This document shows, piece after piece, positions 10,186-18,331 of a DNA stretch of 64,000 bases. Location: NCBI GenBank assembly GCA_050251875.1, contig JBFWMA010000001.1, forward strand, positions 369,587 through 433,586, given 5' to 3'. A program made the translations under genes and the position numbers. Under the pieces are notes generated by a model. The model was not told the origin of the DNA, did not search any database, and worked only from the letters and a program-made list of their open reading frames with translations. The DNA is from Deferribacterales bacterium. Lineage in GTDB: Bacteria; Chrysiogenota; Deferribacteres; Deferribacterales; Geovibrionaceae. Every line of letters starts with the position of its first letter. The stretch's first letter is position 1.

Positions 10186-11232
10186 GTGCGTATACTCAAC
10201 GTAGTAAATGTACGGTGGTATAACGCTACCGCCTGGTACGCCGTTTCGCTGTCGACAGCCCTGAAGTGCAAGGGGCACGATGTCGCTGTGTGCGGACTGC
10301 CGGGCTCACCTCCTGTCCTTAAAGCTCGTAGTGCCGGTCTCGATACATTCGAGGCCGGCATTAACACCTCCAACCCGTTCGGGGCGCTGGCGGTTATGGG
10401 GGCTATGGACAGGATAATGATGAGTTTTCAGCCGGAGGTCGTCATCTGCAACAGGGGCGAGTTTTTCTGGTATTTTGTGTGGAAGCGCATCACCAGACAG
10501 AATTTCAAACTGATAAGGGTGAGGGGCGACATAAGACCGCCGAAGGGCGGATTTTTTAACCGTCTGATGCACAACAAATGCACGGACGCCATAATATGTT
10601 CCGGCGAATTTATTAAAGAGAAATTCAAGTCGGTATTAAGAACTCCCGAATCAGCGCTGAACGTTCTTTACGGCGGGGTGGACACGGAAGTGTTCAAACA
10701 GTCTTCGTTCGCCAGAATAAAGATCAGAGACGAGTTCGGATACACGGACGAGCATTTCGTTGTCGGCATAGTGGGGCGTTTTGACCCTATCAAGGGACAC
10801 GATGTTCTGATAAAGGCTGTGGCGGAGCTCTATAAGCAGGGCAGAAAGAACATCAGGCTGCTGATAGCCGGGTTCGATGCCGTGAGCCGGACGGAAGAAG
10901 TGGAAAAGATGATAGCAGAAAATGAGCTGGGTGAGATAGTTACCATCACCGGATTTCGTGAGGATATTGCGGATATATACAATGCTTTTGATGTATGCGT
11001 TGTGTCTTCGCTGGGCTCAGAGGCTATATGCAGAGTGGGTATGGAGGCTATGGCGTGCGGAGTGCCGCTGATTACCTCCGACACCGGAGTTCTGCCGGAG
11101 ATATCGAAAAATGTATATGCCAAGCAGGACCCCATAGCGCTGGGAGAGTTTCTCAGGGATTTTGACAAAACGACCAAAATCTATTCTCTGAAAGAGTTCG
11201 CGGACGATTTCGAGAGGGTAGCGCAAATATAA
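10186..11232 (+). CDS. GT4 (RfaB-like) glycosyltransferase
   Basis: GRFDPIKG and EAICRVGMEAMACGVP (E-x7-E) GT-B motifs. Confidence 0.88.
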   Translation: MRILNVVNVRWYNATAWYAVSLSTALKCKGHDVAVCGLPGSPPVLKARSAGLDTFEAGINTSNPFGALAVMGAMDRIMMSFQPEVVICNRGEFFWYFVWKRITRQNFKLIRVRGDIRPPKGGFFNRLMHNKCTDAIICSGEFIKEKFKSVLRTPESALNVLYGGVDTEVFKQSSFARIKIRDEFGYTDEHFVVGIVGRFDPIKGHDVLIKAVAELYKQGRKNIRLLIAGFDAVSRTEEVEKMIAENELGEIVTITGFREDIADIYNAFDVCVVSSLGSEAICRVGMEAMACGVPLITSDTGVLPEISKNVYAKQDPIALGEFLRDFDKTTKIYSLKEFADDFERVAQI

Positions 11233-11265
11233 AAAGCCCCGCAATGGCAGTACGGGGCGTTTTTT
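11233..11265. terminator. Intrinsic terminator, probably bidirectional
   Basis: A-tract, GCCCCG/CGGGGC stem, T-tract between convergent genes. Confidence 0.7.
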
Positions 11266-11269
11266 GGGT

Positions 11270-11392
11270 GAAGTACAGGGAAGTACTTCGGCAGTTATGT
11301 GATGTAAAACCGACAGGGAGGTGGGTTTTACATCGGCTAAAAGAAGAGTTACGGGTACGTGTATCGCAATTTAAAGCCCTACAGGAGCTTTA
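11270..11392 (+). other. Cluster of GGA-loop hairpins (CsrA/RsmA-site-like)
   Basis: GAAGTAC-AGGGAA-GTACTTC; GATGTAAAACCGAC-AGGGAG-GTGGGTTTTACATC; TAAAGC-CCTACAGGA-GCTTTA. Confidence 0.5.
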
Positions 11393-11405
11393 GCCTTATT
11401 TCCCA

Positions 11406-12527
11406 TCAAAAACAGAGAATGTCTGTTCCAATCTCATAAGTCTTGTTGTCTTTCGTTGTAAGAATCCTCATATCGGTCAGTTTTTTCAGGTCTCGTCTCG
11501 CAGTCTGTTCGGTCACTTTGCCGTAAAGGTAGGAGAAGGGCTTTTCTGTGTGCAGAGTCGCCAGAGTGATTCCTCTGTTCTCATCCATCATCAGCAGAAT
11601 AAGGTCGTGCTGGCGCTGATTCATATCGCCGTCCTCTTTCAGGATACAGAGATATTCTCTCATAGTCAGATCATAAAGATATCCGTACACACGGTTTTTC
11701 AGCTCATCCAGAGATGCGTTAACCGCTTCCAGAACAAATTTTATAAAAGCTGTGATATCTTTTTTACCTTTTCTTCCGGAAGTGAATGTTTTGAAATAGG
11801 TGTCTATGTGGCGGTAGTAGTGGTTTGACAGCATCTTTGCCACATGCTTCACATTGGCGCTGTGGAGTATGTGCGCCTCCAGCAGTCTGGCTGTTCTGCC
11901 GTTACCCACGAAGAAGGGGTGGATCATGGAAAGCTGATAGTGTGCCAGCGCCGCGCGGATGTAGGGAGATGCGTTCAGCATCTCTTCTGAGTTGATCCAT
12001 TCTATGAACTGCGCCATGTGCAGATCGATTCCCTTCACCGGAGGTCTGTATACTCCTCCCATCTCCTCTGATCCGACTTTTATCAGTTTGTTTCTGTACT
12101 GTCCGGGTGTGCTTCCGTTTATGTCTATTCCTGTGGTGAGTGTCTGGTGGAGTGATCTGATGAAGTCTTCGGTGACAATAAGGGGCGATCCGTCTGTTTC
12201 TGTGCTGTCGAGCTGGTTATATGCTTTTATGAGGTTGGCAATCTCGGTCTTTTGGTTAGCGGAGTAGTTTTTTCCGTGTTTTGTGATGATCATTGTGCGG
12301 ATATCATCCTCTGAAAATGCATTTCCTTCCAGAGAAGCCGTGCCCGAGATGGACAGAACTGCTATATCCGTGTCCATTTCTGACGCCTGCTGGGGCAGCA
12401 TCGGTATATCCGATATGGTGTTGTTTAGTATAGATGCTCTGGTAAGTAATTCCTGTAATTCTGAAATATCATAACTTTCAGCCAGTGAGAACCCCTTGTT
12501 TGAAACCGCCACTCTTTTACCAACCAT
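11406..12527 (-). CDS. Class II Fic-domain protein with C-terminal HTH
   Basis: HPFFVGNGRTAR Fic motif; N-terminal TASLEG inhibitory motif; TEQTARRDLKKL wHTH-like end. Confidence 0.92.
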   Translation of the reverse strand: MVGKRVAVSNKGFSLAESYDISELQELLTRASILNNTISDIPMLPQQASEMDTDIAVLSISGTASLEGNAFSEDDIRTMIITKHGKNYSANQKTEIANLIKAYNQLDSTETDGSPLIVTEDFIRSLHQTLTTGIDINGSTPGQYRNKLIKVGSEEMGGVYRPPVKGIDLHMAQFIEWINSEEMLNASPYIRAALAHYQLSMIHPFFVGNGRTARLLEAHILHSANVKHVAKMLSNHYYRHIDTYFKTFTSGRKGKKDITAFIKFVLEAVNASLDELKNRVYGYLYDLTMREYLCILKEDGDMNQRQHDLILLMMDENRGITLATLHTEKPFSYLYGKVTEQTARRDLKKLTDMRILTTKDNKTYEIGTDILCF

Positions 12528-12805
12528 ATGTAACCCCTTTTGAACTTTAAAAAGTAAAACTTAAATTCATCAACCACAGTTATTTATATACCACTATCCG
12601 AAATAGATGTAAAGTAATTTTACATATAAAATGTAAATAAAAATGTAAAATATTGCGTCAGGTATTATCTTGTTTTATCAGGTTGTTATGATTTTGGGAG
12701 CTGTGTGGTGATAAGTAAAATGTAAGAAAAGCGGTCTGGCAGGATGTAAAGTTTTTTGTAAAAATGCCGAAGGCGAAAAAAATCGGTGATTCTGAAAATT
12801 AGTTA

Positions 12806-12833
12806 TTGATTATCTGACAATTCTAAGTATAAT
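12806..12833 (+). promoter_or_regulatory. Sigma70-type promoter of tRNA-Ala
   Basis: TTGATT-N16-TATAAT, 14 nt before the tRNA. Confidence 0.6.
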
Positions 12834-12847
12834 GTCGCTTCCATTGC

Positions 12848-12920
<73 letters not shown>

Positions 12921-12930
12921 TCCGCATAAG

Positions 12931-12961
12931 AAAAAGGGAAGCAGGACGCTTCCCTTTTTTT
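12931..12961 (+). terminator. Intrinsic terminator after tRNA
   Basis: AAAAAGGGAAGC/GCTTCCCTTTTT stem plus T-run. Confidence 0.85.
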
Positions 12962-13045
12962 GTCTGTTGACTGCATGTGATATAATCTACTAAATACTTT
13001 CTAATATCTTTTAATAGGCTGATCTTTTAAGTCTAAGGAGCTTAA

Positions 13046-13786
13046 ATGCGTAAAATTATTCTTCCGCTGATGATTGTTTTCGTGTCCGCTGTATGTTTTG
13101 CCGGAGCTCCTTCCGAGCGGGAGCTGGCTGTCTTTACTGCGCAGAAATATAAGACGGATTATTTCAAACAGACCCAGAAATCTAAAGAGGATATAGCCAG
13201 AGAATACTCCATGATCTCGGCTCTGGCTCCCGGTCTGATAGAGACTGGTCTGAAGGATGATCCGGATTACAAAGTTGCCTCTAACACCATTGCTTTTGAA
13301 ATATGGGCAAAGAAATATACTGACGGTCTGAATATAACTGATGACGTTCTGAAGAAAATCTATGATTCGAAAGAGTTTAAGCTGGATGCGGCATATAATA
13401 TCCGTAATATTCTGGTGAAGGATTCAAAATCTGCTGACAAAATAATCGCTGCTGTTTCCGCAGTGAAAAATCCTGCTAAAAGAATGGCAAAATTCGCTGA
13501 GCTGGCTCAGTCTGAATCAGATGATTTTATCACGAGGAACAGAGGCGGTTCTGCCGGATGGATGGATATCAGTAAGATGGAGCCGTCCTTTCAGGAGATT
13601 CTGAAAAACAAAAAAGCCGGAGATCTGCTGAAACAGCAGGCTGGCGACAGAGGATGGCAGGTTGTTTATCTGGAAGATTTCAGACCTGCCAGAAAAGCTA
13701 CATTCGAAGAGGTCAGATCGGTTCTGGTGAATGTGGTGAAACAGGCGGAGCTTTCTAAAAAGATTCAGTCGCTTCTTTCAAAGTAA
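13046..13786 (+). CDS. Exported PpiC/parvulin-type peptidyl-prolyl isomerase (foldase)
   Basis: Signal peptide; NILVK...FAELAQSESDD...RGGSAGW parvulin pattern; ATFEEVR. Confidence 0.8.
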   Translation: MRKIILPLMIVFVSAVCFAGAPSERELAVFTAQKYKTDYFKQTQKSKEDIAREYSMISALAPGLIETGLKDDPDYKVASNTIAFEIWAKKYTDGLNITDDVLKKIYDSKEFKLDAAYNIRNILVKDSKSADKIIAAVSAVKNPAKRMAKFAELAQSESDDFITRNRGGSAGWMDISKMEPSFQEILKNKKAGDLLKQQAGDRGWQVVYLEDFRPARKATFEEVRSVLVNVVKQAELSKKIQSLLSK

Positions 13787-13824
13787 ATTGATTGCCTAAG
13801 TATACAAACTTTAAGCATACTCAC

Positions 13825-13851
13825 AGCCCCGGTTGCTACGGGGCTTTTTTT
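13825..13851 (+). terminator. Intrinsic terminator (same family as the autotransporter terminators)
   Basis: AGCCCCG/CGGGGCT plus T-run. Confidence 0.85.
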
Positions 13852-14008
13852 ATTAATAACTTAATACCGTGTAAAGCAATGCTTCATGTGTAGAATATGC
13901 CGTTAACAGGTATTTATACCCATTGTACATATAATTAGCGACTTGAATTATTTAATATTTGATGAGAATATGTGAATATTGGGGTTATCTTATATTCTTG
14001 GGGGTTTT

Positions 14009-17000
14009 ATGCGAAAGCTGGTTCTGGTTGCTTTAATGTTTTTGACGTGTGTGGTGTCTTATGCCATGGCTCCTCTGGTTGATGTTGGTTCGGCCTTGTC
14101 TGAAAACTCTACTGACGCTACGGGTGCCGGTTATGACATATCATCCGATGGTACTATTTATGGTATTTATGTAGGTGACGGCGGCAGAATCCTTGATTTT
14201 ACCAACAACGGTACTGTCGATTTGACAAGGGATCATTACGATTCTAACGGAACTGACGTCTATACCTATGGTTTGTATTTTGACAGTCAGACCGGAGTGT
14301 CTCTTGTCAACAATGCCGGGATTACTCTGCGGTATACGGTTGATCTAGGTGGAGGGCTTGTTTATTCCGGCTATCAGGTCGGAATATATGACGCCACTTT
14401 GTCAGGTAATCTTACTAACTATGGCACTATCGATATTACAACGTCTTATACCGGTGCCGGTGCACAGTTGAATCAATCAGATATTTACGGAATACAATTA
14501 ACAGAGAACTTCGGCACTCTTATCTCTTCCGGAGGAATATATATTCAGGGAGAAACCTTGCCGACAGCCATGCAAACTATGTCGGTGCAGTTCAGTGATA
14601 TGTATGGAATATATAACAACGGCAACACCATAGACAGTGTGTCTGTAAATAATGATATATATCTCGGTTTTGCATATAATTCAGTTGCGACAGGCACTGT
14701 CTCTGTAAGCAATGTCTCCGGAGTGGAGTATGACGGCGGATCAGCTTTTACCAATTCGGCAAATGGCGATATAGAGAGTTATTTTTCCACCACAGGCTCT
14801 GTTATCACGCAAAATTTGTCTGTAGGCAGCATATCCGGTGTTAATATAACAGGCAGTCTGTCTGGAGCTTTCGCCAATAACGGAATCATCAGTTCAGCTT
14901 TTTCCATAGATTCTCCCGATTTTCAAAACCACAGTAATATCTCAGTATCCAGTATTGAGGGCGCCTTGGTTTACGGTGCTGCCTCAATTACCAATACGAA
15001 CGAAATATCTGTCAGCGGCAGTATTTTAAATACAGACACTGCACAATATCCGACGTCTATAGGTGTTTCCGGTGTATATGGACTGTATGTCGGCTCAGAC
15101 GGTGCAGGCACTGTTTCAAACTCAGGCGATATCTCAGCCGCATTAACTGTTGAAGACAGTACAGCCGGATACGCATCTTTATCTGATATTTACGGCGCAT
15201 ATGTAGACGGCAACGTGACCACCGCCTTTACAAACATAAACGGCGGAACTATCTCATCATCTGTAACATTTGACAACACAGATCTGAACGGCGATGACTC
15301 CGGACGCACTCTGGCCGCAGAGAATGTGTACGGTGTTTTTCTGGCAGGTGATACGGCTTCTTTCGTAAACAATGGAACCATCTCATCCGGTCTCACTGTT
15401 CGGGGAGCGTCAGGCAATAATGTTGTCTTACACGCAGAGCTGTACACCGATAATGTTGTCGGTGCACATATTGAGACTGGTACTTCAATTGTCAATTCGG
15501 GCTCCATCACATCAGACACTGTGCTCAGCTATATCGATGCAGGTGCTGTGAACCTGAATGGGGCTTATGCTTTATTGAATTACAGCGGCATAGATTCTTT
15601 TACAAACCTATCGGGAACAATCAGAGCCAAAAACTCTTTAACAGGTGTTACCACCACAAGCGATATGGTTATAGACACTGTCGAAGGCGCTGTTCTTCAG
15701 GATGTTACTTCTTTTAGAAACTTTGGCACTATCACAGCCTATAACAGCTTAAGCAATGTATCAGTCGGAGGCGATTTATCTCTGGACACAGTATACGGCG
15801 CAATAGCAAACAATAACAACAAGGTGCTTGATTTCAGAAACGATTCAGTAATAAGCGGTTACAATATCCTGAACACTGTACATTCAGACGGCGACATGAA
15901 AGCAGACGCTTTTTACGGTCTCGGGTTATATTATCTGGATACTTTCGCCAACACAGGCACAATATCCGCTTCGTTCACTGCCAGCAACATCACATCGGAC
16001 GGGGTTGTTGAGATAACTGACGGTTACGGTTTAGAGACAGCCGATATGAACTCTTTTACCAACAGCGGAACAGTATCCACTTCTGTCGGTATCAGCACAG
16101 GTTCTTCAGTCGGCAGACTGTATATAGATTACTTCTACGGCGCATATCTGGGAGCGATACCCACTTTTACCAATGACGGAACAATGTCTGCCTCTGTAAA
16201 TATATCTGATTTTGATTCTAGCGATGAAATAGATATATATAGTGTCTATGCACTCTTTGCAGACGGTCAGATAAACTCTTTCACCAACAATCAGAATATC
16301 AGGGTTTCAGTCAGTGTATCAGACAGTACGGCTGATCTTCTTTATATCAGCGGACTGTACGGTATCTACTATAACGACACTGTCGCAAGCATAGACAACA
16401 ACGGAAGCATAAGCGTGTCTTTGTCTGATACAGACGGTACATACGGCAGCACATCTTATGTAGGAAGTGTTTACGCATTATATTCTTATGAAGTGACAGA
16501 TATGACAAACGATGGAACAATATCCGTTTCAGTCGCCTCTGATTCAGAAACAGAATTTCGTGATATCAGCGCTGCATATCTGTACCAAATAGATAATTTC
16601 ACCAACAACGGAGACATCCGTCTGACAGTCAACGGAGCATCAGGGTCAACGACTGATACTGTTTCCGCTATGGAAGCAAACAGCTCAACCATCACTATCA
16701 ACAACCCCGGCGAAGTCTACATCGAAAGCAACTTTGCAGACGCAGACATCAGAACTCTCCGTGTTGTCAACTCTGATGCAACCTTCGGCGATTATTTCAC
16801 CATAGCGGCGGGCGGTTTCGAGGGTTCAGAGAACGTGGGCGCTATATATGTTGATTCCCATTCAAGTCTTGATATTAATAACGCCATCCTCGGCGTGACA
16901 ATGAACAGCCACCTCGCTCTGAATACTGCATATAAAGTGATAGAGAATGACAACGGAATAGTGGACGGTACATTCAGCGGTCTGAGACCCTTTACCAACG

Positions 17001-18145
17001 CAGACTATACTCTGGCATGGGCAACCAGCGAGAGGGGCGAGGACGCTGAAGTAACCATCAGCTACGATCCCAAAGAATCAGCACCCGCACACACAGTGGC
17101 AAGCGTTGCTGGAGCGATGGGCGTTGTGTCTAACCTGTTCTCCGGCAGAGCGCTTTCCGGCAGTTTCTTCTCCGGCGGAGGCGCAGGAGGCGGAGCAGGC
17201 GGAGGTTTCGGCGGATTCTCAGGTTTCTCAGGCGATGTTTCATACCTCGGCGCTTCAGACATCCTTCTGGCAGATTCCGGCGAGATAGCCACAGACGCAG
17301 GGCTTTCATATGTCCCCGCTAAGAAGAAATCATCCGTATTCGCATTCCCCTTTTACTCTAAACAGTCAGGGGACGGATATGATTCAAAAACATCCGGTAT
17401 GGGTGTGGGCTTTGCACGCAGGTTTATGGACGGCGTGACAGGCACAGCCTATCTCGGCAGGATGTCTACCGATACAGATTACGATTCAGCATCTATGGAC
17501 AAAACAGAGTCAGACTCCACATTCCTCGGTGCTGCTCTTAACTATGATAAAGGCATTTATGCCAGCGCCTCTCTGATAGGCTTCATGACAGACAACAACT
17601 ATGAAGGCTACAACGGTGCAGACAACGAGTTCAGCGAATCAGCCGATTACTCATCAAAGGGTATGCAGATGGAACTGACAGGCGGTTACAGCTTTAAACT
17701 GGCTCAGGGCGTGAGAGTAGTACCCTTCGGCGGTCTGTCTCTCAGCTACTACGATATGGATGCCTACAACACAGACGTTGCAGGCACAGCCAACGATGCC
17801 TACAACACTTACTACGATTCATACTCCGACTGGGATACCAGCCTTATAGCAGGCGTTTCAGCCGAGAAGAACATCAAACTGGCAAGCGGAGCTCTTAAAG
17901 TGTTCGGTCAGTACAGATATGATATAGCTATAGGCAACAACGACATAGTTATCAACCAGTCAGTACCCGGTCTTAACACAGGCGACCTGAGTGTTGAGCA
18001 GTCAGTGGACAACGGCACCCATAAACTGGGTCTGGGCACTGAGTTCAGCAAAGTGAACTGGTATACATCAGCATACGGCGAATACTCAGCCAACGCAGAC
18101 TACGACTCCATGAGCTTCAAACTCACCGCAGGATACAAATTCTAA
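14009..18145 (+). CDS. Autotransporter (type Va) 1 with a repetitive beta-helix-like passenger
   Basis: Signal peptide MRKLVLVALMFLTC (ATG 14009); ~40-aa FxNxGxI...YGxY rungs; C-terminal beta-barrel ending GYKF. Confidence 0.85.
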   Translation: MRKLVLVALMFLTCVVSYAMAPLVDVGSALSENSTDATGAGYDISSDGTIYGIYVGDGGRILDFTNNGTVDLTRDHYDSNGTDVYTYGLYFDSQTGVSLVNNAGITLRYTVDLGGGLVYSGYQVGIYDATLSGNLTNYGTIDITTSYTGAGAQLNQSDIYGIQLTENFGTLISSGGIYIQGETLPTAMQTMSVQFSDMYGIYNNGNTIDSVSVNNDIYLGFAYNSVATGTVSVSNVSGVEYDGGSAFTNSANGDIESYFSTTGSVITQNLSVGSISGVNITGSLSGAFANNGIISSAFSIDSPDFQNHSNISVSSIEGALVYGAASITNTNEISVSGSILNTDTAQYPTSIGVSGVYGLYVGSDGAGTVSNSGDISAALTVEDSTAGYASLSDIYGAYVDGNVTTAFTNINGGTISSSVTFDNTDLNGDDSGRTLAAENVYGVFLAGDTASFVNNGTISSGLTVRGASGNNVVLHAELYTDNVVGAHIETGTSIVNSGSITSDTVLSYIDAGAVNLNGAYALLNYSGIDSFTNLSGTIRAKNSLTGVTTTSDMVIDTVEGAVLQDVTSFRNFGTITAYNSLSNVSVGGDLSLDTVYGAIANNNNKVLDFRNDSVISGYNILNTVHSDGDMKADAFYGLGLYYLDTFANTGTISASFTASNITSDGVVEITDGYGLETADMNSFTNSGTVSTSVGISTGSSVGRLYIDYFYGAYLGAIPTFTNDGTMSASVNISDFDSSDEIDIYSVYALFADGQINSFTNNQNIRVSVSVSDSTADLLYISGLYGIYYNDTVASIDNNGSISVSLSDTDGTYGSTSYVGSVYALYSYEVTDMTNDGTISVSVASDSETEFRDISAAYLYQIDNFTNNGDIRLTVNGASGSTTDTVSAMEANSSTITINNPGEVYIESNFADADIRTLRVVNSDATFGDYFTIAAGGFEGSENVGAIYVDSHSSLDINNAILGVTMNSHLALNTAYKVIENDNGIVDGTFSGLRPFTNADYTLAWATSERGEDAEVTISYDPKESAPAHTVASVAGAMGVVSNLFSGRALSGSFFSGGGAGGGAGGGFGGFSGFSGDVSYLGASDILLADSGEIATDAGLSYVPAKKKSSVFAFPFYSKQSGDGYDSKTSGMGVGFARRFMDGVTGTAYLGRMSTDTDYDSASMDKTESDSTFLGAALNYDKGIYASASLIGFMTDNNYEGYNGADNEFSESADYSSKGMQMELTGGYSFKLAQGVRVVPFGGLSLSYYDMDAYNTDVAGTANDAYNTYYDSYSDWDTSLIAGVSAEKNIKLASGALKVFGQYRYDIAIGNNDIVINQSVPGLNTGDLSVEQSVDNGTHKLGLGTEFSKVNWYTSAYGEYSANADYDSMSFKLTAGYKF

Positions 18146-18155
18146 ACATCCTCAC

Positions 18156-18183
18156 AGCCCCGGTTAACGCCGGGGCTTTTTTT
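18156..18183 (+). terminator. Intrinsic terminator
   Basis: AGCCCCGG/CCGGGGCT plus T-run. Confidence 0.85.
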
Positions 18184-18331
18184 ATGCCTGTTTTATTATC
18201 TGATAATATCTTGCACATAGAATACATATTAATTTGACTTGAAATGTTTTGAAATTAGTGTGAAGATAAATTGACTAAGCGATCTTCGCGTATGGAACGA
18301 TTGGGGAATCTTACTATATGCGGAGGCTCTT

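Noticed and set aside
12608..12624. TyrR or NifA box
   Set aside because: Spacing is TGT-N11-ACA, matching neither N12 nor N10.
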